Shown: in pieces, positions 20,215 through 30,918 of the stretch
How positions within the stretch are numbered: position 1 is the first letter of the stretch
Layout of the letters: the number at the start of each line of letters is the position of its first letter
Position numbers and translations under genes: made by a program
Notes under the pieces: generated by a model
What the model was told of the DNA's origin: nothing
Databases searched by the model: none
What the model saw: the letters and a program-made list of their open reading frames with translations, nothing else
Virus record (IMG/VR): IMGVR_UViG_3300034111_001103
Span: 32,001 to 96,000 of that record
Length of the DNA stretch: 64,000 nucleotides
Direction: 5' to 3' (one strand)
From: a virus

Positions 20215-21912
20215 TTAGTAAGGAGCAGACAATTCAAATAAGATTGATTTTGTAGGATCTTTCAACCAGATATTAGATTGATTTTCCATGATAGTTGTAG
20301 AACCATCAAATCTACTTGAAGCTACATTACCTCTACCTGCTGAAGGAGCATATGGAGATGTTCTACCTGCAATATAAGTTACTTTAGTACCTGGCATTCC
20401 TGCATTTCTTACTAAGTAAATATTTGCTCCAGTATCTACACCTTTAGCCCATTCTACTTGAGAAGTTACTTGAGCAGCATTTGTTGATGCTGAGTCTGTA
20501 ACATCAAATATAGCAGAAGTGTAAGAATGTTTAGGGAAACCTCCAATATAAGGTTCATCTTCAGTTCTTGAGAACTGTGAATCAAATGCTGGGTTATGTT
20601 CTATTTCAAGAGTACCTAAACCAGAGATGAATACAGATTGCATTCTATAACCAGAAGATAATTGAGATATACCATTTATTTCACCTACTTTTTTAACTAT
20701 ACCAAGATCAGCTGCTTGTAATACTGCACCAGCTTGATTAGCTGTTCTATTTAATTCTTCATTAAAGATTCTTTGAAGTTCATTAACTGCACCTCTACCA
20801 CCTTGTAATTTGAATTTTCTCATATAATCAGGAATGTCTGGTCTGTTTCTGAAAACTTGTCCAAATACATTCATTAAAGCTTGTTTAGAGTATCTAGGGA
20901 TTTTAGCCCAGTTACCTCTTTTCATTTGTTGGTATAAACCTTCACCTATGATTTGAGATTTGTTTCTAGCACCTTGTATAACACCTCCTTTTGCCCACAT
21001 AAGATCTCTTTCTTCATCTAACATTAATTGTTTCATGATAAGAGCATCAGCCATAGACATCCAAGAAGCTGTACCAGGTTTAATACCTTGCATACCATCA
21101 GTACCTAATTTACCATTACCTTCACCAATAACCATATAGAAATTAGGGTCATTTGGATTTAAAAGGTTAGAGTTACCTCCTACAAAGTCTACAGGAGTAG
21201 TACCATTATTTTTATTGAATTGTAGATTCAATCTTTGAGCATTACCTGTGATAGTATACTCAACACCTCTTCTACCTCCCAATTGATGTTTTAATTTCAT
21301 CATACCAAAAGAGTTCTCAATACCTGCAAAGTTTTCTGTGAATTCTCCACCTGTACCTGAAATTCTAAAGTATTGTGTACCTACAGATAAATATTTTTTA
21401 TCAAAGTATTCATCTCTATTGTTAGTTACTAGTCTTACTTTGTAAATAAAACCTTGACCACTTTGAGCAGATGCTACATCCACAATGTAAAGATTTTGTC
21501 CATCTCTGAAGTCTGGAGTAATTCTTGTTCCAATTTGGAAAGTTGGTTCTAGATTACCATCACCTAAACAGATTTCAAATAATTGACCATCTTGACCTGG
21601 TTTAGCTATATCAGTACTCATTTCCTCTTTTACAGTAACACCATCTAATTGGTAAGGCATGTTGAAAGTTAATTCTCCATCATCTCCATTTAAATAGATA
21701 GTATTTTTTTGTAATTCTGTCATTGACAATAATGGTGTAGAGATAAGAGACCATTGATTCCATGCTGAGAGAACTCCCATATGAGTAGATCTAATATCAT
21801 CTCCAAACATCTTTAATAAGTTGTTTGAGTCTGTAAAAACTCCAGACATTCTATAATCTGCTTTTTTTACTACTAAGTTATTGCCAAAATTCTGAAAAGT
21901 AGGTGTTGCCAT
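20215..21912 (-). CDS. Major capsid protein (crAss-like)
   Basis: 565 aa; order terminase-portal-acidic protein-MCP; GEGLYQQ, HNPAFD and C-terminal WLKDPT motifs. Confidence 0.85.
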   Translation of the reverse strand: MATPTFQNFGNNLVVKKADYRMSGVFTDSNNLLKMFGDDIRSTHMGVLSAWNQWSLISTPLLSMTELQKNTIYLNGDDGELTFNMPYQLDGVTVKEEMSTDIAKPGQDGQLFEICLGDGNLEPTFQIGTRITPDFRDGQNLYIVDVASAQSGQGFIYKVRLVTNNRDEYFDKKYLSVGTQYFRISGTGGEFTENFAGIENSFGMMKLKHQLGGRRGVEYTITGNAQRLNLQFNKNNGTTPVDFVGGNSNLLNPNDPNFYMVIGEGNGKLGTDGMQGIKPGTASWMSMADALIMKQLMLDEERDLMWAKGGVIQGARNKSQIIGEGLYQQMKRGNWAKIPRYSKQALMNVFGQVFRNRPDIPDYMRKFKLQGGRGAVNELQRIFNEELNRTANQAGAVLQAADLGIVKKVGEINGISQLSSGYRMQSVFISGLGTLEIEHNPAFDSQFSRTEDEPYIGGFPKHSYTSAIFDVTDSASTNAAQVTSQVEWAKGVDTGANIYLVRNAGMPGTKVTYIAGRTSPYAPSAGRGNVASSRFDGSTTIMENQSNIWLKDPTKSILFELSAPY

Positions 21913-21948
21913 TTTTTATAATTTTTTTTATTATTTGTTTATTTAAGT

Positions 21949-23124
21949 TTATTTAAACCTATCAAATGTGGTAGGTCTGTTAAAAGTTTGTTTTTGTTTT
22001 TTAGTTTCTTCAGGAAACTCAGTATTTTTTCTAGTAATATTACCTTCTCTTATAAGTTGGAAAGTTTTTTTATTAGTTTCCTTTTCTATTTCTTTTTTAT
22101 CTCCCACAGAATCAAAGTCTTTAACCATTTTAACAAGTTTTAAAAACTTTGCAGGATCAGATTGGATTTCTTGTATTTTTAAAAGATAATCAGAAGCTTT
22201 TCTTCCACCTTCAATTACATGTTTAGTATCAAAATAAAACTTTTCTAATTCTTTTTTTTCTCTATCAGGAGTAGAATCTTTGTAGATAGCTTCTTTGAAA
22301 GTTTTTATGTATTTTTCTTGAGATTCTCTTTGATATTTAGCTTGTCTTTCTTGTTCTTGTAAAAGAGTTTGTCTATCTTCTTGTATAGCTTTCACTAGTG
22401 CTTCTTTTGCTTCTTCAGCAGCTTCTGATAAAGCTTCAGCTCCTTGATCTTTTAAGAACTCGATGTATTTTTTTGTATTTTTATCAGAAGCACCTAAAGC
22501 TTCTTGATAATTTTTTATTAATTCTTCAGCATGATCAGGATCTTCAGGATCATAAGAATCTATATTTTTTTGGTCAGCTTCAAATTTTGCTAAATCTTCA
22601 ACTCTACCTCCATTTTTTATAAACTCATAAAAAGACTTATATTGTTCTCCTAGTTCTTCTTCTTTTTGTTGTAGAACAGATTCAGCTTTCCACTGTGCTT
22701 GTTTGATAGCTAGTTCTTGAAAAGATTCATCATCTAGCTCTAAATCTTCTATAGGTTGACCTTTTTCATCTTCTACAGGAAACCATTCTCCAGATTCTAC
22801 TAACATCTTATAGTATTGAGTTCTATCTAGACCTGTTGATTTTGTATTCTCAGTAGTAGGTTTATTATCTTTACTTTTACCAGAGTCTTTTTGAGTATCT
22901 TCTGTAGTAGTAGGTTCTGCACCTAAAACAGATAATTCCTCCTCTGTCATACTTGGGATTTCTCCAGGTATTAAAGTTTGATTGGGAATTACTGTGGTTT
23001 CAGTTTTGGTGTTTTCTACAGTTTCTGTTGTTTCTGTAGTAGCTCCAGGAGCATTATCTAAAGACTCTCCTGACAAAGCTTGAATCTCATCATCAGATAA
23101 TGAGGCAACTTGAAAATCAGACAT
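21949..23124 (-). CDS. Acidic scaffold-like protein
   Basis: Acidic low-complexity N-terminus and coiled coils; directly upstream of MCP; likely start MSDFQ at 23124. Confidence 0.65.
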   Translation of the reverse strand: MSDFQVASLSDDEIQALSGESLDNAPGATTETTETVENTKTETTVIPNQTLIPGEIPSMTEEELSVLGAEPTTTEDTQKDSGKSKDNKPTTENTKSTGLDRTQYYKMLVESGEWFPVEDEKGQPIEDLELDDESFQELAIKQAQWKAESVLQQKEEELGEQYKSFYEFIKNGGRVEDLAKFEADQKNIDSYDPEDPDHAEELIKNYQEALGASDKNTKKYIEFLKDQGAEALSEAAEEAKEALVKAIQEDRQTLLQEQERQAKYQRESQEKYIKTFKEAIYKDSTPDREKKELEKFYFDTKHVIEGGRKASDYLLKIQEIQSDPAKFLKLVKMVKDFDSVGDKKEIEKETNKKTFQLIREGNITRKNTEFPEETKKQKQTFNRPTTFDRFK

Positions 23125-23223
23125 TTTTTTTGGTTTTTTGGTTTTGTGATACAATATTACAAAATATTATTCATATAAAAAAATGAGTATCAATACTTTG
23201 CTTTAATATGTTAAAATGATACT

Positions 23224-23544
23224 TTAAGTTGTAAGTAATCTTTTTATGTGCTCAAAAAGATAAGCTTGTATTTCATGATTGTTAAAATCTATTTCTACTC
23301 CAGCATAATTTAATATATACCAAGTAGCGTGGATTAATTCATGATCTAAAGTAGTATTATTGTTATAAAATAATAGAAAAGAACTTGGACCAGGAAATTG
23401 ATAGAATATACCAAATACATTATCTAGGTCTTCTATTAATTTTGTCTCATTAGGATAATTTAATTTAACCCATTTTTGACATTTTTCTTTATCTTTAAAA
23501 CTAAATATGGGAAAATTAAAAGGTTCAACTATTATTTTTTTCAT
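23224..23544 (-). CDS. Small HExxH (zincin-like) protein
   Basis: LDHELIHATW...NHEIQAYL. Confidence 0.6.
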   Translation of the reverse strand: MKKIIVEPFNFPIFSFKDKEKCQKWVKLNYPNETKLIEDLDNVFGIFYQFPGPSSFLLFYNNNTTLDHELIHATWYILNYAGVEIDFNNHEIQAYLFEHIKRLLTT

Positions 23545-26438
23545 TATTTAGAAGGTTTTGGTTTAGTTCTAGCATTTTTAAGTTGAACTTTAGCTATATC
23601 TAGTTTTATCTTTCCTAACTTTTCATCATTTTTAGCTTCTTTATCTGCTAGTTTTGATTCTTTGTTTAGAACATCCATATCAGTTTTATGTTTCTTGTTA
23701 GCTAACTGTAACTGATTTTGATTTTGTTCTCTAGAAGTTTGTTGTTTTATTTTCTCTGTTTGAGTTTTAGCTCTAAAAGCATCTTCTTTAGCTTTAATGT
23801 CTCTAGCTTGTAAACTTAATTTTTGTTTCTCTAAAGAATGTTTTCTAGAAGATTCTAAGAATTTATGAGAATTGTCTAAGGTAGAGATATATTGATCATG
23901 GGAAAGTCTAGATTGTTCTATAGCTATTTTACCTTGTTCTATAGCATCTATCATATTATTATCAGCAGTATCTGTGTCAAAACCCATTACTTTTATAGAA
24001 GCTTCTTGTATTTTAGCTTCTCTATTGAGTTGATTTTGTTCTGCTTCAAATGCTTGAGCTTTATCTAAGGCTTCTTGTTGAGCTTTAATTTGTTGTTGTT
24101 GCATTTCTTGCTCATGTTGTCTTTGAGCTTCTACTTCTTTTCTTTGATCTTCTTCTGCAACCTCCAAAGCTTTTTGTATAGCATTGATGTTTTTCAAAGA
24201 TATGATAGATATAAGTTTAGACATAGGTAGGTTAGTAGTATTGTTCTCTACAGCTAATCTTCTAGCTAAATCTAAGTCTTGTAAAGTTTCTTGAGCATTA
24301 TCTACATTTACACCCATATTCTTTAAGAGTAAATCTGTACCTGTAGTTTTTATGAAAGCATTGCCTAGGTCAGAAGTTATATAGTCCAGAGTAATGTCTC
24401 CTTTAGTACTAGCAACATATTGTGCTAGGTCTATAAGCATTGTTAGTTTTCTTCTCTTATAGTTATAGAAGTTTTCATTGTAGGGTTCTGTAATTGCATA
24501 AGAATTCATTACAGCTGCTTGAATACCTGTAGCTGTTTCTGAAGCTTGAGTTTGTCCTTGTCTTTGTGGGGTAATACCTATTTGTTTGAAACCCATATCT
24601 TCTATAATAGCAGCCATTTGTAATAACTGCATAGCTTTTTCAGTTTCTCCTAAGTCTAGAACAGTAGTTTGATTAAATTGCACAGAACCTCCTGTGTTTG
24701 AAACAGATGTATCTAAAGGCACAATTCCTAACTCTCTACCTATAGCTAATCCTTTTTCTAAAGCTTGTTCTCCTCCCCAATCTTTAAAGTTAGATAAAAG
24801 TTTAACATCTAAGAAAGCTATCTTACCATTATTTCTTTGAGCTATACCATAAGCTTGATTTACAAGGGCATTATAAAATATCTGATAAGGTTTTAGTAGA
24901 TCTACAAGGGAATTGGATTTAGCATTTCTATTGTTGAAGATACCTCCTACTACAGGAAGTTTTGGTTCAAAAGGAGTAAAATCCCCTTTGAATTGGAAAG
25001 GACAAGGTTTAACATCAAAGTAAATAGCATTTCTATCTCTATCTTCTGTAGATTGAGAGAAATTAGCATTTATTTTACATCCTTGCCATATTTGAGTATG
25101 CCAAGTCCATACTACACTATTTACAGGAAAGTCTTCGTTATAATTAACAAGAGGGGTGTCTCTTATTTCTTTTATATTGAAAAGTTTTGGGTTAAAAGAT
25201 TCATCTACTATTTGTGTGGTAGCTTCACCAGTTTCAGGATCAGCTATAGTTAAGTAACCTATTCTAGATTGACTTCTCCAATAAGCTTCTGTAACTTGAA
25301 CTAAGTCTCCTGTTGCAAATTGGAAATTAGGAAAACCTGTGTTTAAGTCTTCATAACCCAAAGTAGGAAGATTTCCTACAGGAGTATTATTCCAAGGGTC
25401 AAATCCTATAGAAGTAGTTACATTTGCATAATCTCTGTAAGCAGGAAAAGGATACATTGTAGCATTAAAGAACTCTCCATATACATTTCCTTGTGTCTCT
25501 CTATAGTCTTTAGGGTATAATTTTTTAATTTGCTCTTCAGCCATTCTCCAACCAAATCTATCTATTACTGTAGATTTGTTCATATAGAATACTCTACCTA
25601 CATAATCTCCTTTTTCTATATGTGGAAGATCTGGATGCTGATGGAAAAATACATTTAAAGGGTTCCAATATTCTAGATTATAACCTGTAGGTGTGAGGTA
25701 CATATGTGAAAAGCATCTATCTGCTATCAACATATCTGTAAACTCTACTTTTTCTAGTTCTCTAAAGTTAAATCTTTTTCTATCATTAGAAAGTACAGCT
25801 TGTCCCCATTCTTCAGCAGAAGTTCTGTAGTCATACCTCATATATTTTTCAATATTCTTAGGAGTTAACTCCTGGTATTTTTCTTGAACTTGTTGTTGGT
25901 ATTGTTGAGCTTCTTCTTCTGTTTTGAAGTCTTTCTTGTTAGGGTCTATTCCTTGTTGTTGTAACTTAAGAGTTATTTCTCTTTGGATTTCTTCCATCAT
26001 AAACTGATGTAATAAATCAGTCTTAACTCTTAATCTTTCATTAGTAGCATCTGGTCCACTTTCCACCACAGAAAATATATCAGGTCTCTTAAGGTATTCT
26101 CCTACTAAAAGTTGAACAGCCTTACCTATAATATCATAATGTTTTAAGTGAGAAGGAATTTCAAACTCTTGAGATATAGCAGATACTAAATCTACATACT
26201 CATTCTTTCTCATATAATGGGCTAAATCAAACTCTTTAGATACTATCTTGTAGTTTTCCTTTAAAGCCATATTTTGAGCAAACTGATACCTTCCTACAGC
26301 TTCTAAAGCATCCATAGTATCTTTCATCCATTTGGACACACCAAATTTATCCAACTCTTCTAGTTTCTTAGTAAGAGGTAGTTGTTGTCTGGGTAAAGCT
26401 GCATTTAAAGGTTTGCTTGTATCTATAGCACTTGTCAT
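23544..26438 (-). CDS. Portal protein (crAss-like)
   Basis: 964 aa; HYDIIGK...GE...RP, SLVDLLKPYQ..YN, GITPQRQG; long C-terminal coiled coil; next to TerL. Confidence 0.85.
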   Translation of the reverse strand: MTSAIDTSKPLNAALPRQQLPLTKKLEELDKFGVSKWMKDTMDALEAVGRYQFAQNMALKENYKIVSKEFDLAHYMRKNEYVDLVSAISQEFEIPSHLKHYDIIGKAVQLLVGEYLKRPDIFSVVESGPDATNERLRVKTDLLHQFMMEEIQREITLKLQQQGIDPNKKDFKTEEEAQQYQQQVQEKYQELTPKNIEKYMRYDYRTSAEEWGQAVLSNDRKRFNFRELEKVEFTDMLIADRCFSHMYLTPTGYNLEYWNPLNVFFHQHPDLPHIEKGDYVGRVFYMNKSTVIDRFGWRMAEEQIKKLYPKDYRETQGNVYGEFFNATMYPFPAYRDYANVTTSIGFDPWNNTPVGNLPTLGYEDLNTGFPNFQFATGDLVQVTEAYWRSQSRIGYLTIADPETGEATTQIVDESFNPKLFNIKEIRDTPLVNYNEDFPVNSVVWTWHTQIWQGCKINANFSQSTEDRDRNAIYFDVKPCPFQFKGDFTPFEPKLPVVGGIFNNRNAKSNSLVDLLKPYQIFYNALVNQAYGIAQRNNGKIAFLDVKLLSNFKDWGGEQALEKGLAIGRELGIVPLDTSVSNTGGSVQFNQTTVLDLGETEKAMQLLQMAAIIEDMGFKQIGITPQRQGQTQASETATGIQAAVMNSYAITEPYNENFYNYKRRKLTMLIDLAQYVASTKGDITLDYITSDLGNAFIKTTGTDLLLKNMGVNVDNAQETLQDLDLARRLAVENNTTNLPMSKLISIISLKNINAIQKALEVAEEDQRKEVEAQRQHEQEMQQQQIKAQQEALDKAQAFEAEQNQLNREAKIQEASIKVMGFDTDTADNNMIDAIEQGKIAIEQSRLSHDQYISTLDNSHKFLESSRKHSLEKQKLSLQARDIKAKEDAFRAKTQTEKIKQQTSREQNQNQLQLANKKHKTDMDVLNKESKLADKEAKNDEKLGKIKLDIAKVQLKNARTKPKPSK

Positions 26439-26522
26439 TAATACATAAATTATTGTAGCACAATATTACATAAAATATTCCATATTTTAGAATTGATAAC
26501 TAATATCAGTTATTTTGGTTAT

Positions 26523-28628
26523 TTACCAATTTATATTTGTCTTAGGAGTTCTTTGATTTTCTGATCTGAAAGGGGATTTAGACTTAGGTACAATATCTCC
26601 AAAAAAGGTTTGAACTCTAACTTCTGGTTTAGTAGGTTCTGTTGGTTTAGGTTTGTAACCTTCTAGAGGATAAAGAGCATCATAATATTTGGCTAGGGTA
26701 AGGGCATGTCCAGCTGATATGACTCTATCATAGTTACCATCATGCACACCTTTAGAAGAAGAAGGTTTTCCTTTGTACTGTATATATTCTTCTAAAAGCA
26801 TAGGATCTAATATTTTGGATACTCCTAAATATTCTTCTATATTTCCATCTTCATCTATTGTACTAATTTCTTCTTTAGCATCTTCTACTAGGAGAGACAT
26901 ATAGTGATTTTGATTTGGAGTTGAAGCCGAAAGTCCTATTAACCTATTAGATTTAGTTTTTTGATTAATTTGTTTAGAAAGATCTAAAGATTTAGCAAAG
27001 TAATGTCCTTTCTTTTTCATTATGACATATTGTATCATGGTTTTATCTTCATTCTCAGGAAGTGCTCCTTCTATAGCATTATAGTATTCCATAACCATTA
27101 AACATAGTTCATGGAATTCTCCTACAGTTTTACATCTGCCTGTCCAAGAAAACACAAATTTATTAGCAAAAGGATCTCCAGGTTTATAATATCTTTTTCT
27201 GACATGTATAGATCCTAAAGAGTTTACTTTATCAGAAGACTCATTTTCATTGTAAGGGTCAATCCCTATACAGTATGTAGCAAAAGGAGCTTCAGGATCT
27301 GGATGTTCATATACAGAACAAGGTATTTTACCTAAATGTTGTAAGTCTTTAGCACTTACTGGAAATTTAAATATAGGTTTGTTATCAGAATATCTAAAGT
27401 CTACTTTGTTTTTTTGGTTTCTAAATAAATCTACATATTCAGCAGTATAATTTAATTCTAACCATTTTTGTTGAGCTTTACAAGCTTCTACAGGAAAGTT
27501 ATTATGAGATTCTGATAAAAATACATCATCTACATTTAAAGGATAATATGCTTTCCATCTATTGTAAGATTCAATATCACCTTCTTTTTTAAACTCTTCT
27601 AACTCCTCTTCTATTTTTTTAATACCTTTTTCTTTATCAGAAACTCTAATATCAATATCCCAAAGTTCAGAATCCTTAGGTATATCTTTTAAAATTCCCT
27701 GATCTGTAAGATATTTTCCTAGTGATGTAAGATATTTACAATCTTGTCTTAACCAACCAGGTAAAAATAAACCTGTAGTTCTACCATCTTCTTGTAAGTG
27801 CTCTATAAAGGTATGTGCTTTTGGATTAAAAAATAATTTTTTAGCATCTTGAGCTTTTTCTACATTTCCTCCTGTACCTACACAAATGGGAAAACATCTC
27901 CAACCATGTTCAGAAAGCATTGCTGGTTTAGTACCTATAAGAGCTTGTAAAAAATCATTTTTACCTATCTCATCCCAGATATTAGATTTTAAGTTAGAAA
28001 CCCCTGCACCTTTTTCTGTATTTTTACCACCTATTGTGTTTCTTATGACAAAAGTAGAATGTACAATATTATCCCCAGATTTAGTTTTTAGTCCTACTAA
28101 AACCCTTTCTTGTCCCCAATCTTTTGTAATTCTGGGTATTCTAAAATAAGGAGAACAATTTAATAAACCATAATCTAAGTTTTGAGTAAGGTTATTTAAG
28201 TCATCACTAGATGTACCCATTATAAGATTTTGAGAACCTTTAAATAAAATACCTGCTCTCCCTGCATAAGAAGATTCTAAAGTAGTCTTAGCAAATTGTC
28301 TAAGTCCCATAATACTTATTCCTTTTCTTTCTCTTTCAGCAGTTTTTAATTCTTCATTTAAAATGATTTCATTATCCCTCAAACCAGGAGTTACCATATC
28401 AGGTATGATTTCCCCATAGTCAGTCATCTTATCAGCATTAATCTTCCAATGGTTTATATGCCAATATAACCAACCAGTCATTTTATAACCATCTATTTCA
28501 ACACCTCTTTCTACTTTATATTTTTCTTTTTCCCAAAACTCTGCATACCCTGGATCTGTTTTTTTCCAAGGTATGTCCTTATCATTCATTTTGTAAAAAA
28601 GTTCAGTAGTATATGTTTTTTTACTCAT
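26523..28628 (-). CDS. terL: Terminase large subunit
   Basis: GLRQFAKTT (Walker A region), WDEIG (Walker B), GTGG, GIDPY, GNYDRV nuclease motifs. Confidence 0.9.
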   Translation of the reverse strand: MSKKTYTTELFYKMNDKDIPWKKTDPGYAEFWEKEKYKVERGVEIDGYKMTGWLYWHINHWKINADKMTDYGEIIPDMVTPGLRDNEIILNEELKTAERERKGISIMGLRQFAKTTLESSYAGRAGILFKGSQNLIMGTSSDDLNNLTQNLDYGLLNCSPYFRIPRITKDWGQERVLVGLKTKSGDNIVHSTFVIRNTIGGKNTEKGAGVSNLKSNIWDEIGKNDFLQALIGTKPAMLSEHGWRCFPICVGTGGNVEKAQDAKKLFFNPKAHTFIEHLQEDGRTTGLFLPGWLRQDCKYLTSLGKYLTDQGILKDIPKDSELWDIDIRVSDKEKGIKKIEEELEEFKKEGDIESYNRWKAYYPLNVDDVFLSESHNNFPVEACKAQQKWLELNYTAEYVDLFRNQKNKVDFRYSDNKPIFKFPVSAKDLQHLGKIPCSVYEHPDPEAPFATYCIGIDPYNENESSDKVNSLGSIHVRKRYYKPGDPFANKFVFSWTGRCKTVGEFHELCLMVMEYYNAIEGALPENEDKTMIQYVIMKKKGHYFAKSLDLSKQINQKTKSNRLIGLSASTPNQNHYMSLLVEDAKEEISTIDEDGNIEEYLGVSKILDPMLLEEYIQYKGKPSSSKGVHDGNYDRVISAGHALTLAKYYDALYPLEGYKPKPTEPTKPEVRVQTFFGDIVPKSKSPFRSENQRTPKTNINW

Positions 28629-28942
28629 TATTTCATTATATCAGGAACTTCTTGATCATTTCTCATAGAAACTTTAACTTTTTCATCTTCAGTTCTTAGT
28701 TTATTAATAACTTCTAAAAGAGCTAGGTAATCTTTCATAGTTTCTCTATGGTTTTTTTGTTGAGCTTCTATTGTAGCTACTGTAAGAGGCATAGCTCCTC
28801 CACCCTTAGTTTCTTTCCATTGTATTCTATCCACGAAACTATCATAAGGATTATCTTGTAGAAATTTCTTATAATAAGTTAATTGTTCTTCAGCTAATCC
28901 TAACTCTATTAAAATAAATTTATTTTTACTAGTTACTGCCAT
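28628..28942 (-). CDS. Conserved protein upstream of TerL (possible small terminase)
   Basis: Coupled to terL; DRIQWKETKGGG motif. Confidence 0.45.
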   Translation of the reverse strand: MAVTSKNKFILIELGLAEEQLTYYKKFLQDNPYDSFVDRIQWKETKGGGAMPLTVATIEAQQKNHRETMKDYLALLEVINKLRTEDEKVKVSMRNDQEVPDIMK

Positions 28943-29669
28943 TTGGTTTTATTGTTTTTAAGAATTCTTCTATTTGAGGGTTTACTTCTATTTTATCTCC
29001 CTTAATCTTTAGGTTATCTAATACATGATTATTCATTATATAGTAATGAGAGAGTTGAGAATCATTTAAAAGAGTAGTAAGGTCATATCCTAGGTTGTTA
29101 GATATAATTTGTAATAAGGTAAACATTTGTGCTTCTAAAAAGTTAACTTTATAAGAAACAAATCCTAGTTTGATTTTTAAAGATCTATCTAAGTCTTCTT
29201 GATTAAGATTTCCTTTTCTAGCATTATCTTCTATTACTTTAGCTAATTCATTATACTCTTTTAGTATAGAATTGTATTTACTCAAAAGAGAGTCTTTAAG
29301 GGACTCTCTATCAAGTGTTTGGGTATTTGGGTTTGTATTTTCCATTATTCTTCTCCTTCTCCTTCATCATATTTATCAAAAAAAGATACTTTTGGAGGAT
29401 CCATCTCTAGTTCAGCCATATATTTTTCTATCTTAGAGAGAGTTGTTTTGTTAGTCCAAAAGTAAGGACTAGTATCTGATTCTTCTTTTCTAAATATAGT
29501 ACTCATATGTTGAGCAAAAGTCATCATAGGATAAAGATTAGTTAGTTGATCTAGTCTAGAGAGAATCATATTTTTGATTTGTCTGTCTTCTTTAAAGTTT
29601 GGGATAGTGTTTAATCCATTATTCATAAAAATTAGTTTTTATTGTTTTAGTTTTATATTTAAAAGATAC

Positions 29670-30032
29670 TTACCATTTTAAGTTTTGGAAGTTATCTGGG
29701 TTTTCATTATTATATTCTTCTAATCCACAATGACAAGTTAAACAAGCTGTTTTCTTAGAGATTATGCAAGAACAAATGGAACAATGTAAGTATTCTACAC
29801 TTGATTTGTAGTTTTCTCCATATAATTCTTTATACTCTTTAGAAGTTTTTGCATTTATAGAGTTTAAAGGACAAGTTTCACATATAACCCTTCTAGATAT
29901 AATTTTCTCTATATCTTTATCAGATAATTGATTGTTATCTAGTTTATATGCATTGATCCAACCCTCAAGGACTTGAGCTGGATGTCCTAACCCTTTAGGA
30001 ATTAGTTTTAAATATTCTGTTAATTTAGACAT
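29670..30032 (-). CDS. Zn-finger protein
   Basis: RRVICETCP...CSICSC...C..C.C...KW. Confidence 0.6.
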   Translation of the reverse strand: MSKLTEYLKLIPKGLGHPAQVLEGWINAYKLDNNQLSDKDIEKIISRRVICETCPLNSINAKTSKEYKELYGENYKSSVEYLHCSICSCIISKKTACLTCHCGLEEYNNENPDNFQNLKW

Positions 30033-30072
30033 TTTTTATTAAATTCAATTTGTAAATATACAACATTTTTAT

Positions 30073-30603
30073 TTAAAAGTCAATAGGGGGTAATTTTTTG
30101 TGTTCTATAAAGTATTCAACAAACGTATAATCTGTTGGTTTATAGTCTATTATGATTCTATGAGATTCCCCCTTCTCTCTTAGTTTTTGGTTCCAAGCTA
30201 TAGTTCTAATGATTATAACTTTTCTTAGAATTTCTAATTGTTGCCAAGCTATTCTAACTTTATTTTGTAGATCTGTGTAAGCTAGGTAAAGTTTATGTTC
30301 TTCAACTACTATATTTTTTTGTTGTTTGAGTCTTCTAACTCTAGGTTTCATCTTCCTCAACTCTATAATAGAAGAATGTAAGAATTTCTTTAAAGGAGAC
30401 ATTGATACATCAAAGACTCCTAATTTTGGTAATTCTATTGTAGTGTAAGGAGAGAATTGTTTTCTCTTTATAACTTCCTTCCAAAATTCTGTATATATAG
30501 CAGTATGTAATTGAGTAGGAGTTTTTTCCCCTATATCTTTACCTATAGGGGAATCACACTCTTTTACTACTTTATATATTAAATCAGGAATATTTCCAAA
30601 CAT
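30073..30603 (-). CDS. Possible HU/IHF-like DNA-binding protein
   Basis: IELPKLGVF resembles the IHF beta-arm; such genes occur in crAss-like structural modules. Confidence 0.35.
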   Translation of the reverse strand: MFGNIPDLIYKVVKECDSPIGKDIGEKTPTQLHTAIYTEFWKEVIKRKQFSPYTTIELPKLGVFDVSMSPLKKFLHSSIIELRKMKPRVRRLKQQKNIVVEEHKLYLAYTDLQNKVRIAWQQLEILRKVIIIRTIAWNQKLREKGESHRIIIDYKPTDYTFVEYFIEHKKLPPIDF

Positions 30604-30612
30604 ATATTATTT

Positions 30613-30918
30613 TTAAAGTACAGCTATAATTTCAGATTCCTTAATTAGAGCAAATAAAACTTTCTCATTAGCTGTTTCATCTCTCTCACCCCATACTTTA
30701 GGATAAGCATAAGAAGTAAGAACAGTATCTCCTACATTACAGAAAGTAACATCTTCAGCTTTGGTAATAACTTCTCCCTTAAAGAAAGCTTCTTGTGTCT
30801 CTAAAACAGCATCTTCAGCAGAGATAATAATTCCAGATTCTGTTTTTTTAGGGGGCATAATTTGTTTTACTAAGATATGTCCTTTGTTAAATCTGGCATT
30901 TTGATATTTTGATTGCAT
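30613..30918 (-). CDS. groES: GroES-like co-chaperonin
   Basis: ILVK...KTESGIII...GEV......VGDTV...IKESEIIAVL. Confidence 0.85.
   Translation of the reverse strand: MQSKYQNARFNKGHILVKQIMPPKKTESGIIISAEDAVLETQEAFFKGEVITKAEDVTFCNVGDTVLTSYAYPKVWGERDETANEKVLFALIKESEIIAVL

Noticed and set aside
9672-28149. Plus-strand ORFs inside the structural operon (e.g. 9672, 12263, 14442, 19811, 22398, 24993, 27886)
   Set aside because: Antisense shadows of longer, well-supported minus-strand genes, mostly without ATG starts
26523-28628. Intein or intron in the terminase
   Set aside because: Length fits a crAss-like TerL and no intein splice motifs were seen
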